Source: Longimicrobiales bacterium (lineage in GTDB: Bacteria; Gemmatimonadota; Gemmatimonadetes; Longimicrobiales; Gaopeijiaceae). From it: a stretch of 38,731 bases of DNA. Both the position numbers and the translations under genes were made by a program. Below the pieces are notes generated by a model. That model was not told the origin of the DNA, did no database searches, and worked only from the letters and a program-made list of their open reading frames with translations. The DNA is taken from the NCBI GenBank assembly GCA_965197725.1, contig CBDANQ010000023.1, forward strand, positions 1 to 38,731, read 5' to 3'. Of the stretch, positions 18,753-31,499 are shown one piece after another. The first letter of the stretch is position 1. Every line of letters begins with the position of its first letter.

Positions 18753-19411
18753 AGATCGCGCCATCCATCCTTTCCTGTGACTTCTCACGCCTGGCGGACG
18801 AAATCCAGGCGGTCGAATCGGGGGGAGCCGACTGGATTCACGTCGACGTCATGGACGGCCACTTCGTGCCGAACATCACGATCGGTCCTGTAATCACCGC
18901 AGGTGCCCGCAAGGCGACCGATCTTCCGCTCGACGTTCACCTGATGATCGAGCAGCCCGATCGTTACCTCGAGGCCTTTGTCAGCGCTGGCGCAGACTGG
19001 CTGACCGTCCATGCGGAGGCGTGCAAACACCTCCACCGAACCGTTGAACGAATCCGTGAGCTAGGTGCCCGACCAGGCGTCGCGATCAACCCAGCCACCC
19101 CGCTCGCTTCGGTGACCGACGTTGTTCCGTACATCGACCTGTTGCTCGTGATGTCCGTGAACCCCGGCTTCGGGGGGCAGTCCTACATCACCACGAGCAC
19201 CGCGAAGGTTCAGCACGCGCGCGCGCTTCTGGATGAGATGGGGAGCGCCGCCCAACTGGAGGTCGATGGTGGCGTGGATCCTGGCAACGTAGGGGACATT
19301 CAGGCGGCCGGTGCCACTGTGGTAGTCGCGGGATCCGCGGTATATGGACACGCTGAGGGTGCGGGGACCGGCGTACGATCCATCCGTGACGCGCTGAGCG
19401 GCAAGGCGTAG
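18749..19411 (+). CDS. rpe: Ribulose-phosphate 3-epimerase
   Basis: IAPSILSCDF, HVDVMDGHFVPNIT, DVHLMI, MSVNPGFGGQ, VDGG. Confidence 0.96.
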   Translation: MKIAPSILSCDFSRLADEIQAVESGGADWIHVDVMDGHFVPNITIGPVITAGARKATDLPLDVHLMIEQPDRYLEAFVSAGADWLTVHAEACKHLHRTVERIRELGARPGVAINPATPLASVTDVVPYIDLLLVMSVNPGFGGQSYITTSTAKVQHARALLDEMGSAAQLEVDGGVDPGNVGDIQAAGATVVVAGSAVYGHAEGAGTGVRSIRDALSGKA

Positions 19412-19498
19412 CGACGAAGGCGCGCGCAAGCTAGACTTTGAGCGATTTCCGTCCGTCCCCCCAACGGGGACGGGCATGGCGACTCGCACCTCCCGACA

Positions 19499-19864
19499 AT
19501 GACCGATTCGACGAACCTGGATCCGGCTGCGATGGCGCGCCTCCGCGAGTGGGGTGGCGACAAGCTCGCGGGCCAAATGGTCAGGCTCTTTCTCGACAAT
19601 TCGGGGACGCGCATGGACCAGATCCGCGCCGGCGCCACCGGAGATGACGTAAGCGAGGCGGAGAAGGGCTCCCACTCGCTCAAGTCGAGCGCGGCCAACG
19701 TTGGGGCGCACGTGTTGCGAGCGCTGGCCGGTGAAATCGAAAGCGCCGCGGCAAGCGGAGACGTGGACGCAATCCGAACAATCGTGCCGGGCCTGGAGGA
19801 CGCCTACAGCCGGGCGATTGCGGATCTGGAAACCATCATGGACGGAATTGAGGCTAACGAATGA
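19499..19864 (+). CDS. Stand-alone Hpt phosphotransfer protein
   Basis: Helical 121 aa with HSLKSSAANVGA motif. Confidence 0.9.
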   Translation: MTDSTNLDPAAMARLREWGGDKLAGQMVRLFLDNSGTRMDQIRAGATGDDVSEAEKGSHSLKSSAANVGAHVLRALAGEIESAAASGDVDAIRTIVPGLEDAYSRAIADLETIMDGIEANE

Positions 19865-20213
19865 CCTACAAGATCGCCGTCGTCGAGGATAATCCGGACA
19901 ATCGGATGCTCGTGCAGGCCCTTCTCGAGGACACGTACGAGATCTCCGAGTACGAGACCGGGGTCGAAGCGATAAACGGACTAGGAGACGACATTCCCGA
20001 TCTGATCCTGCTCGACATCTCTCTCCCGGAGATGGACGGGACGGAGGTGTTGGCGTGGATCCGAGACCAGGACGCGCTCAAGGACATTCCGGTGATCGCC
20101 CTTACCGCCCATGCGATGTCGGGCGACCGCGAGAAGTTCCTCGCGTCGGGCTTCAACGGCTATGTCACGAAACCGATCGTTGACGAGGACGTCCTCTTCG
20201 GAGCCATCGAGCG

Positions 20214-20232
<19 letters not shown>
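19861..20232 (+). CDS. Single-domain response regulator (DivK/CheY-like)
   Basis: VVEDN, LILLDISLPEMDG, IALTAHAM, VTKP. Confidence 0.93.
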
Positions 20233-23487
<3,255 letters not shown>

Positions 23488-23523
23488 TGGAGTAGCGTTC
23501 AGCGTTCTCCGTGAGGAACCGTC

Positions 23524-24247
23524 ATGCTGGATGACCTGAGGTCCACGCTCATCCCGGATCTTCGGACCGCGCTGTGGTCGTGCGCGTTGGCGGTGAGCGT
23601 CGCGCTCACGGCGGGCGCGCTCGCGGCATACGGGCGCCGACGCGGCCTAGCGGTCCCCTACACCCGTAAGATCTTCCACTTTGGAGTCTTCTCGGGTGCC
23701 GCGGCCACACATTCACTATGGGGCTTGCCCGGGACCAATGCCTTCGGTGCGGTACTCGCATGCGTCGTCCTCGTGGCGGTACTCCGGGGCGACCGGGATC
23801 CGATCTACCGTGTCTTGGCCCGTGAGACCGATCGTCCCCGCCGCACGCTCTTCATCCTCGTGCCGCTGGTCACGACCGCGCTCGGGGGCCTCGGAAGCGC
23901 ACTGCTGACCGGACCCTACGCGACGGTCGGATACCTCGTGAGCGGGTGGGGCGATGCCGTCGGTGAACCGGTCGGTACGCGGTGGGGGAAGCACAAGTAC
24001 CGAGTGCCGTCACTCGGGGGAGTGCCCGCTACGCGCTCCCCTAGAAGGGTCCACCGCGGTCTTTCTGGTTGCTTGGGCCGCTGCCACGGTCGCGCTCTGG
24101 AATCTGGCTGACCCATCGCAGGCTGTGCTCGTGGCGCTCGCCTGCGCAGCCGTCGGCGCGCTCGTCGAGGGGTTGAGCAATCACGGTCTCGACAACCTCA
24201 CCGTGCAACTCGCAGCTTCCGGAACGGCTTGGATGTTGATGTCATGA
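23524..24247 (+). CDS. CTP-dependent polyprenol/phytol/diacylglycerol kinase-like membrane protein; frameshift ~24040
   Basis: YTRKIFH, GWGDAVGEPVGTRWGKH, then RSLEGS and GLDNLTV in the shifted frame (cytidylyltransferase/SEC59 superfamily). Confidence 0.8.
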
Positions 24248-25617
24248 CACGACTCACGTACCGCACCGAGCTCGTCCACCACGATCCCGAAACCGTCTTC
24301 GCCTGGCACGAACGTCCTGGGGCGCTCGAGCGTCTGACTCCACCTTGGGCAATCGTCGACGTCCTTGAAAAAGAGGGCGGAATCCGGGATGGCGGGAAGG
24401 TCGCGCTGCGCGTGCACCGGGGGCCTACGAGCTTCAGGTGGGTGCTCCGGCACAAGGACTATGTCGAGAACGAGCAGTTCCGGGCCGAACAGGTATCCGG
24501 ACCCTTGAAGTCCTGGGTGCATACGCATCGCTTCGCTCCCATCGACGGTGGCGGCACGAAGCTGGAAGACGAGATCGATCTCGAGGCGCCACTCGGCGCC
24601 CCCATCGGGCCAGGCTTGGTCAATCGCGAGCTGGGCCGCCTGTTCCGCTTCCGATATCGCCGACTCTTCACCGATCTCGCACGGCACGCCCAGCACGCTT
24701 CGAAGCCGCCCTTGACCGTGGCGATCACCGGGGCGTCCGGGCTGATCGGTAGCAACCTCGCCGACTTCCTGACCACCGGTGGCCACAGGGTCATCCGTCT
24801 CGTGCGGGACAGCCGCCAGCTGGGCGACGACTCGATCTTCTGGAATCCCGCGACCGGAGAGATCGACGTCGAAGGCCTCGAAGGTGCCGACGCGATCGTG
24901 CACCTCGCCGGCTCGTCGATCGCGAGCGGCCGCTGGACCGCCGCCCGCAAGAGGTCGATAAAGCAGAGCAGGGTGAGGGGGACCGAGCTGATCGCACGTA
25001 CGCTCGCGACCATGTCCGGCGGCCCGCGCATTCTCGTGTCGGCGTCGGCGGTAGGCTTCTACGGCGACCGCGGCAGCGAACGGATCGACGAGACCGCACC
25101 TGCCGGGGAGGGATTCCTAGCCGAGGTGTGTCGCGCGTGGGAAGGCGCGCTGAAACCGGCGGAGCGGGCAGGCGTGCGTGTGACGACGTTGCGGACCGGC
25201 GTGACGCTCTCGCGGGCGGGTGGGGCGCTCGGGCAGATGCTTCCGCCATTCAGGATGGGTGCCGGAGGCCGATTGGGATCCGGCAAGCAGTACCTGAGCT
25301 GGATCGACAACGACGACCTCACCGCGGCGATCCATCACGTCCTGATGACCGACTCCATCCGAGGTCCCGTGAACGCCACCGCCCCCCACCCAGTGACGAA
25401 CTCGACTTTCACGGCGGCGCTGGGTCGGGCACTCGGGCGACCGACCGTGCTGCCCCTGCCCGCGCTCGCCGTGAAGGCGGCCTTTGGTCAGCTTGGCACG
25501 GAAGCGCTGCTCTGGGGGCAGCGGGTGCTGCCCAGGAAGCTCACCGAGTCCGGTTTCACCTTCTTCTACGAGGGTGTGGAAGAGTCGATGCGCTTCCAGC
25601 TGGGGCGGGCAGAGTAG
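24244..25617 (+). CDS. SRPBCC domain fused to TIGR01777-family NAD-dependent epimerase
   Basis: VFAWHERPGALERLTPPW and WVHTHRF (SRPBCC); AITGASGLIG, SASAVGFYG, GFLAEVCRAWE, GPVNATAP. Confidence 0.9.
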   Translation: MTRLTYRTELVHHDPETVFAWHERPGALERLTPPWAIVDVLEKEGGIRDGGKVALRVHRGPTSFRWVLRHKDYVENEQFRAEQVSGPLKSWVHTHRFAPIDGGGTKLEDEIDLEAPLGAPIGPGLVNRELGRLFRFRYRRLFTDLARHAQHASKPPLTVAITGASGLIGSNLADFLTTGGHRVIRLVRDSRQLGDDSIFWNPATGEIDVEGLEGADAIVHLAGSSIASGRWTAARKRSIKQSRVRGTELIARTLATMSGGPRILVSASAVGFYGDRGSERIDETAPAGEGFLAEVCRAWEGALKPAERAGVRVTTLRTGVTLSRAGGALGQMLPPFRMGAGGRLGSGKQYLSWIDNDDLTAAIHHVLMTDSIRGPVNATAPHPVTNSTFTAALGRALGRPTVLPLPALAVKAAFGQLGTEALLWGQRVLPRKLTESGFTFFYEGVEESMRFQLGRAE

Positions 25618-25635
25618 GAGGCGCTCTCCGGCGAC

Positions 25636-26286
25636 CTACTCCCGAATCAGATCCCCGTCCGAGGTGAGTTTCGGGTATGGGCGTCCCTCGCGGCGGCGCT
25701 TGGAAGCGATCGACGGCCAGGCCCACTCGAACAGATGTCGCTCGAAGTCATCGGGCGAAAGCCGGCTGTGAGAGTACATCCCGGCTTCGTCCCGCTGGCG
25801 CATCGCTTCGAAGAGCAGGATGCACGTCGCGACCGACACGTTCAGCGATCGCACCATGCCGAGCATGGGCACCGAGACGTGTGCGTCGGCGAGCTCCAGG
25901 CCTTCTGCGGAAACGCCGTCGAGTTCGGCGCCGATGAGGACCGCGGTCGGCTGCCTGTAGTCGATCTCCCTGTAGTCGACAGCGTCGTCGGACGGATGGG
26001 CGGCGATCACGTGGAACCCCGACGCATGCAGATGCGAGATCGCGCTCGCGAGCTCTTGGTGTAGACGCACCCGCACCCACTTCTTGGTGCCCGCCGAGGT
26101 GCCGTGGTGTAAGGCCAGGCCCTGCTCCGGCGGGACAACGTGTGCCTCGAGCACACCTACGGCGTCGCAGTTGCGCAGGATCGCCGAGAAGTTGTGGGAC
26201 TTGTTCACCCGGTCCATGAGCACGGTCAAGTCTGGCTGACGGCGGGCGAGAACATCTCGAATGCGCCGGAATCGTTCGCTTCGCAT
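25636..26286 (-). CDS. trmH: tRNA (guanosine-18 2'-O)-methyltransferase
   Basis: RRQPDLTVL, HNFSAILRNCDAVG, GAELDG, PMLGMVRSLNVSVA; start ATG 26286. Confidence 0.93.
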   Translation of the reverse strand: MRSERFRRIRDVLARRQPDLTVLMDRVNKSHNFSAILRNCDAVGVLEAHVVPPEQGLALHHGTSAGTKKWVRVRLHQELASAISHLHASGFHVIAAHPSDDAVDYREIDYRQPTAVLIGAELDGVSAEGLELADAHVSVPMLGMVRSLNVSVATCILLFEAMRQRDEAGMYSHSRLSPDDFERHLFEWAWPSIASKRRREGRPYPKLTSDGDLIRE

Positions 26287-26369
26287 TTGCGTATATTCTC
26301 GCTGACTCGCACAAGAATCCATCCCACCCCTCCCGGGAGGACCCTCTGCCTCGCTCGACACGACTGCTG

Positions 26370-26954
26370 ATGGTCGCGCTGCTCACCATCCCCCTCATTG
26401 CGTGCGACCAAGTAGGCGACATCACGTTCTTGCCGGAATTCGACCTGACCTACTCCTTCGAGTCCGGTCTGGAAGGGTGGTTCGGAAACGGTGTCGACCT
26501 CACGGACCCGATCGTGACATGGTCCGTGGAGCCATCGAGCGAACAGTCCTCCAGCGGCGCGAGCTCCGTGAGGCTCTACGTCGAGAATTTCAACGGGATG
26601 GCCAAGGTCTGGCTCGAGCGCGCAGTCAACGTCGCGCCGAGCGTTGCCTACGACGTCGACATCAGCTTCGACTTCGGGACCGCCGACTTCGGCGAGGTTA
26701 ATCTGTGGCGGATCCTGTCCGGCGCGCACACTAACCCACCCGGAACCGCCGCGGCGCTCACGGTGCAGGACGCGACCGGCAACGGTTCCCCATCGAACGT
26801 CGGCGTGCAGTGGCTCCAGAAGCGCTATCGCGTGCCTGCGTCCTCGGACGCCGGGGGTCGCTTGCAAATCGTCATCGGCGTCTGGGGGACTTGGGAGACG
26901 CCGCGCACCTACTACATCGACAACGTGCGCTTGCTCTTTACGCGGGCGAGTTGA
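26370..26954 (+). CDS. Hypothetical lipoprotein, beta-sandwich (carbohydrate-binding-like) character
   Basis: Lipobox-like LIAC; YSFESGLEGW start and YYIDNVRL end typical of jelly-roll domains; start may lie slightly upstream. Confidence 0.6.
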   Translation: MVALLTIPLIACDQVGDITFLPEFDLTYSFESGLEGWFGNGVDLTDPIVTWSVEPSSEQSSSGASSVRLYVENFNGMAKVWLERAVNVAPSVAYDVDISFDFGTADFGEVNLWRILSGAHTNPPGTAAALTVQDATGNGSPSNVGVQWLQKRYRVPASSDAGGRLQIVIGVWGTWETPRTYYIDNVRLLFTRAS

Positions 26955-26957
26955 GCC

Positions 26958-27181
26958 GCGCCGCTTCTCCGCGTGCGGGGGCGGCCCGCATCCACGGCGG
27001 GCGCAAACCGCTCTCGGAGACGGACGAGACGCTGCTGGAGGACTTGAACCGGATGCTGGATCCGGTGACGCGCCACGATCCCATGTCCCCGCTGCGCTGG
27101 ACCTGCAAGGGCGCGCTTCACGCGGAGTTGGATGAGACCGACTACGAGACCGGCAAGGCCGTCTCTCTCTCCCCACGATAG
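26958..27181 (+). mobile_element. Internally deleted ISAzo13-family transposase remnant
   Basis: GGRKPLSETDETLLEDL...TRHDPMSPLRWTCK (N-terminal part) fused to LHAELDETDYETGKAVS...SPR* (C-terminal part); recognised from family motifs, catalytic core absent. Confidence 0.7.
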
Positions 27182-27402
27182 CGGTGCGCGACGATTTGTT
27201 CGGTTTATTATGAGTAGCTTGTCGGTTTGGCAATGTGGGTAGGACGAGCAAGCCTTAGGGTGGCCTTTCAGCGGCCCAGGGGGTCCCGCCGAACCACACC
27301 CAGGACCGCGCTGGCCCAAACGTCAGGCACGATCGATGAGCGGTCACAGTGACACGAGCGCCCGTCAAGATCCACTGTAATCACTCATTCCTGGAGGCAC
27401 TA

Positions 27403-28269
27403 ATGATTCGGTCTGCGGCGTTGCTGCTATTCGCCATGTTGCTCATCCCTCATGCCGCCGAAGCGCAGCGCTCGGGAAGGCCTGGAGTCGCCAACGGCAA
27501 TCCCATCGATCCAAACGCGCCCAGGCCGATCGACGCGCTTGAGTCGGTGTGGATCGAAGAACTCACCTTCATGGAAGTGCGCGACGCGATCCGTTCCGGG
27601 AAGACGACGGCGATCATACCCACGGGAGGGGTAGAGCAGAACGGTCCCTATGTCGCCGGTGGCAAGCACAACTACATCCTGCGCCAGACGGCAGAGGCGG
27701 TTGCCAGGAAGCTCGGCAACGCGCTGGTCACGCCGATCGTTGCGTTCGTGCCCGAGGGGGACATCGACCTGGCCCCCGGTACGATGCGCTACCCGGGCAC
27801 GATCGGCATCACCGACGATACGTTCAAGCGCCTCCTGAGTGATATTGCCACGAGCCTGCGCGCAAACGGGTTCCGCCACATCGTCCTGATTGGGGACAGC
27901 GGTGGCAACCAGCAACCGCAGCTTGAGGTCGCCGAGCACTTGTCGGCCCGGTGGACCGACGGCAAGACGAAGATCTTCCATATTCCTGAGTACTACAATT
28001 GGGATGCGCGGCAGGAATGGCTCCGGAAGCGCGGAATCAACGAGGTGGTGCAGCCTGTGGGGATTCACGAGGAATTCAGCGGCACTGCCATCATGATGCT
28101 GGAAGATCCCACGACGGTACGCATGCAGCAGCGGCTCCGCGCAGGGCACTTTACGGTCAACGGGGTGGACCTGGCCCCGATAGCGCGTACCCTCGCCCTC
28201 GGAAGAGAGCTCGTCGACTGGGTCGCCGGTCTGACGGTGACCGCCATTCATGAGGCCATTGGAGGGTGA
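27403..28269 (+). CDS. Exported creatininase/creatinine amidohydrolase-family protein with non-canonical metal motifs
   Basis: GGAGG RBS; Sec signal ending AEA; WIEELTFMEVRD, IIPTGGVEQNGP, PGTIGI, LIGDSGGNQ. Confidence 0.85.
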   Translation: MIRSAALLLFAMLLIPHAAEAQRSGRPGVANGNPIDPNAPRPIDALESVWIEELTFMEVRDAIRSGKTTAIIPTGGVEQNGPYVAGGKHNYILRQTAEAVARKLGNALVTPIVAFVPEGDIDLAPGTMRYPGTIGITDDTFKRLLSDIATSLRANGFRHIVLIGDSGGNQQPQLEVAEHLSARWTDGKTKIFHIPEYYNWDARQEWLRKRGINEVVQPVGIHEEFSGTAIMMLEDPTTVRMQQRLRAGHFTVNGVDLAPIARTLALGRELVDWVAGLTVTAIHEAIGG

Positions 28270-28540
28270 AAAAGCCCAATGGCTGAGCTACTCGACCAGT
28301 TTCGATCAGTGGTTGCGCGTCAACGCCGCACGGCACTAGCTTTTTGGTCACAGAATTTATGGGTGGGTGTGGCACAAGGCATGAGCATTTCCCGCAACCG
28401 TCGGGCAGTTCAAGCAGTGATGCCGTTGCACACCCGGGACGACAACTTCGACGGGACGCCGATATCGAATTCAGCCCACTATTCGGGCGATCGCCAGGCG
28501 TAACCGGGTCGCGGCCAAGCACAAAAGGGAGTGGAGACGT

Positions 28541-30436
28541 ATGAAGATCCGCCTATCGTTAAACATCGTGGGTGCCCTCGTGCTGGTGGCGCTGATCTCC
28601 ACCGAAGCGACTTCGGCGGTGGTTCAGGGATCGCCCTCCGAGTGGCCCGTCGTCGATGCGGCCCAACGCGGGGACGTGGCGGCGCTGCGGGAGCTGATCA
28701 GACAGGGCGCGGACGCCAATCAGGCGTCAGGGGACGGAATGACCGCGCTGCACTGGGCTGCGGAGCGAGGCGAGGCGCAGGTGGCGACGTTGCTGCTTGG
28801 CGCCGGAGGGAACGTGCATGCGGGCACCAGGATCGGGAGCTACACACCGCTTCACCTTGCGAGCAGGTCCGGAACCGCATCGGTCGTCAAGGTGCTGCTC
28901 GAGGCTGGAAGCGACGCGAACGCCACCACGACCAATAGTGGGACGAGCCCGCTGCACTTGGCGGCCCGGGCGGGCAACCCTGAGGCCGTCGGTCTTCTGC
29001 TGGACCACGGCGCGGACATTCACGCCCGCGAGCCGGAGTGGGGACATACGCCGCTGTTCTTCGCCGCGGACCGCAACCGCGCGGCGGCGATCAAAGTGTT
29101 GCTGGAGCGTGGTGCGGACCCGGAGATGACCGCACCGGTCATTGATGTTCCTTTCCGGGCCGCCGTGGATCAGGCGTCGGCGCGAACCATGTGGGAGTTG
29201 CTGAGCCAGTTCCAGCAGGAGGAGGCAGAGGCGAGTGGGAATCCGGAGCGACTCAGCATCAGCGAGATATCGAGTGGGGGTCTGTGGCGACCCACCCCCG
29301 GGCAGTTGCGGGTGGCGGTTGAAGCAATGCGGGACTTTCAGCGAGCCGGTGAGGCAAACGTAGAAGAGGAGCAGGCCTTTAACCGGCCGGCTTTCTTTGG
29401 GGACGACGGGGACGCTCTGTCGAGTCGGGTGAAGCATAGCAAGGCGAAGCTCGTCGGCACGATGGGCGGCCTGACCGCCCTGCACCACGCGGCTAGAAAC
29501 GGGTTTGTAGAGGCCACGCTGGCGCTGCTCGACGGGGACGCCGACATCAACGGAGTCAGTGCGGCGGACGGGAGCAGCCCCTTGCTGGTGGCCGCGGTCA
29601 ATGGCCAGTTCGACTTAGCCATGGTCCTGCTGGAGCGTGGTGCGGATCACTCGCTGGCCAGTTCTCATACGGGCTTGCGTCCCCTGTACGCGGTCATCGA
29701 CATCAAATGGTCACCCAAGTCGCACTATGCACAGCCGCCGACCCCTGAAAGGCAGAGGGTGACCCACCTGGAGCTGATGAAGGCGCTGCTGGATGCTGGA
29801 GCAGATCCGAACGCCCGGCTCACGGGTGACCATCAGGTGTGGTACACCTTGGGCAGGTTCGACCCCGGTAGTTTGGGCGCGTCGCCGTTCTACCGGTCCG
29901 CGTTGGCCTTGGACGTGGATGCCATGCGCATGCTGGTCGCCTACGGGGCGGATCACACCGTTGGCACTAAGAAGGCACCGCCCAGGCCAATTCAGTTACC
30001 GCAGAGGGTGCTAAAGGAGTGGCCACCCGACCCCACCGGGCTGCCTGAGATTCCCGCGGGTGGGCCGGCCGCGTACCCGATCCACGCGGCGACGGGCCTG
30101 GAATACGGTCTGAGCTCCGTCGGGAACACGCATCGGTTCGTGCCGGACAACTGGCTACACGCGGTGAAGTACCTCGTCGAGGAACTCGGCCACGACGTGA
30201 ACCTCAGAGACGACAAGGGCACCACTCCCCTGCACAACGCCGCCGCGAGGGGAGATAACGAGCTGATCTTGTACCTTATCGAGCAAGGCGCCGACGTAAT
30301 GCTCGAGAATCGCCGGGCTCAGAGCGTGGCCGACTTCGCCAACGGGCCCCACATACGCGCGCCTCCGTTGCCAGAGACGGTACGGCTACTGGAATCCCTG
30401 GGCTCGATCAACAACCACAACTGTATAACATGCTGA
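28541..30436 (+). CDS. Exported ankyrin-repeat protein (paralog A), C-terminal CxxC
   Basis: Signal peptide; many TPLH/TALH ankyrin repeats; ends NNHNCITC. Confidence 0.9.
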   Translation: MKIRLSLNIVGALVLVALISTEATSAVVQGSPSEWPVVDAAQRGDVAALRELIRQGADANQASGDGMTALHWAAERGEAQVATLLLGAGGNVHAGTRIGSYTPLHLASRSGTASVVKVLLEAGSDANATTTNSGTSPLHLAARAGNPEAVGLLLDHGADIHAREPEWGHTPLFFAADRNRAAAIKVLLERGADPEMTAPVIDVPFRAAVDQASARTMWELLSQFQQEEAEASGNPERLSISEISSGGLWRPTPGQLRVAVEAMRDFQRAGEANVEEEQAFNRPAFFGDDGDALSSRVKHSKAKLVGTMGGLTALHHAARNGFVEATLALLDGDADINGVSAADGSSPLLVAAVNGQFDLAMVLLERGADHSLASSHTGLRPLYAVIDIKWSPKSHYAQPPTPERQRVTHLELMKALLDAGADPNARLTGDHQVWYTLGRFDPGSLGASPFYRSALALDVDAMRMLVAYGADHTVGTKKAPPRPIQLPQRVLKEWPPDPTGLPEIPAGGPAAYPIHAATGLEYGLSSVGNTHRFVPDNWLHAVKYLVEELGHDVNLRDDKGTTPLHNAAARGDNELILYLIEQGADVMLENRRAQSVADFANGPHIRAPPLPETVRLLESLGSINNHNCITC

Positions 30437-30463
30437 AGTGACTGCGACCGCAGGGTGGGCGCG

Positions 30464-30523
30464 CCGGGCCAGGTGACGACGGAGGGGGAGGAGACGACCC
30501 CACTTCGTCGTCACCCCGGGCCA
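30464..30523. repeat. 44-bp hairpin (13-bp arms) flanked by 8-bp direct repeats CCGGGCCA between convergent genes
   Basis: GGTGACGACGGAG (30472-30484) / CTTCGTCGTCACC (30503-30515); CCGGGCCA at 30464-30471 and 30516-30523. Confidence 0.65.
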
Positions 30524-30548
30524 GGTCAGCGGAAAATCCTCAACAAGG

Positions 30549-31025
30549 TCACAGACCGAAACCCCTCAGCACCGCTGGCTCGGGGACGTCCGGGGGTTGT
30601 GGTAGGGTATTTGGAGGGGTGCCACCTCCGAAGAGGCCCTTGGCTACCAAAACGAGCGCGCCCGCGCCGAGGACCGCCATCCCCCCACCGAGCAGCGCTG
30701 AACGGTTACGGGCCCGCTCGCGCACTTCGATGCCGACGATGTCGTCCACGTCCACGATGACTCGCTGCCGCAGGCCGCGGTCGGGCGTGCCATCCACGGT
30801 GGGAGACCGTGCGGAAACCATAACGTCCTCGGCCCATCGAAGCAGTTCCCCGCTGACCTCCGCCCGGGGCGTGCCGGTCGACTCCTCCAGGCGTTCGGCG
30901 CCCTCGTTCGACAGCCGAAGCCGGACCTCCGCGCCAACGGGGACTGCCCCGATTCGGGCCGGGACCCATCGAGAGCAACCGACAAGGCAAACCACCAGGG
31001 CCATCATCAGACTGGTACGTGCCAT
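30549..31025 (-). CDS. Hypothetical lipoprotein with C-terminal hydrophobic segment
   Basis: GGAGGT RBS, lipobox LVGC, small beta-rich domain, hydrophobic ALLGGGMAVLGAGALVLV. Confidence 0.72.
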   Translation of the reverse strand: MARTSLMMALVVCLVGCSRWVPARIGAVPVGAEVRLRLSNEGAERLEESTGTPRAEVSGELLRWAEDVMVSARSPTVDGTPDRGLRQRVIVDVDDIVGIEVRERARNRSALLGGGMAVLGAGALVLVAKGLFGGGTPPNTLPQPPDVPEPAVLRGFGL

Positions 31026-31293
31026 AACCTACCTCCAATGTCGAGTCCGGAGGCACGGCACGCGCGTCGGGCGGGACAGCTACGCGCGTCGGCCCCCGCT
31101 CGCGCGCAGCGCCCCGAGGGTACACGTTATCGTCCGAGGCGTATCGCCCGAGGGTGGCTCTCTGGAACCCTGAAACCTGAAAAAGGATGCCCGATATCGC
31201 GCACAAAAATACGTCGCTGTTGACACGCTGGCCAGAGTGCGCCTCCTGGAAGACCGGCGCTCCTCGGGGGCTGGAGGAGAGCGCCGATCCCAA

Positions 31294-31319
31294 TATCATA
31301 GCTCCCGTATCATAGCTCC
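31294..31319. repeat. 12-bp direct repeat x2 (TATCATAGCTCC)
   Basis: Copies at 31294-31305 and 31308-31319. Confidence 0.8.
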
Positions 31320-31427
31320 GCTCCCTAAGGTCAGCATCCTTTAAGTGAGCATGCTTAGCGGTTGTTTGTAGGCGCCTACCCCAGTAGGTTGTCCCAGAGG
31401 GAAAAACAGGCGGCTTGCGCTTCTGTA

Positions 31428-31485
31428 GTCCTTGAGCCGGTGAATCATCACGAGGTGCAACCGGCGTCCTTGAGCCGGTGAATCA
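31428..31485. repeat. 20-bp direct repeat x2 (GTCCTTGAGCCGGTGAATCA) just upstream of the DUF1592 gene
   Basis: Identical copies at 31428-31447 and 31466-31485, 18-bp spacer. Confidence 0.85.
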
Positions 31486-31499
31486 CCTGGGGTGAAACC

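Noticed and set aside
19451..19475. GC hairpin between rpe and the Hpt gene
   Set aside because: A 10-bp stem is present but there is no U-tract or second copy, so no function can be assigned.
28279..28503. 74-aa ORF between creatininase and ankyrin A (possible RiPP precursor, given MftE kinship)
   Set aside because: No clear RBS, atypical codon use, no precursor-like motif and no modifying enzymes nearby; more likely promoter DNA.
31428..31485. 20-bp repeat pair as a mini-CRISPR
   Set aside because: Only two copies; repeat and 18-bp spacer are too short.
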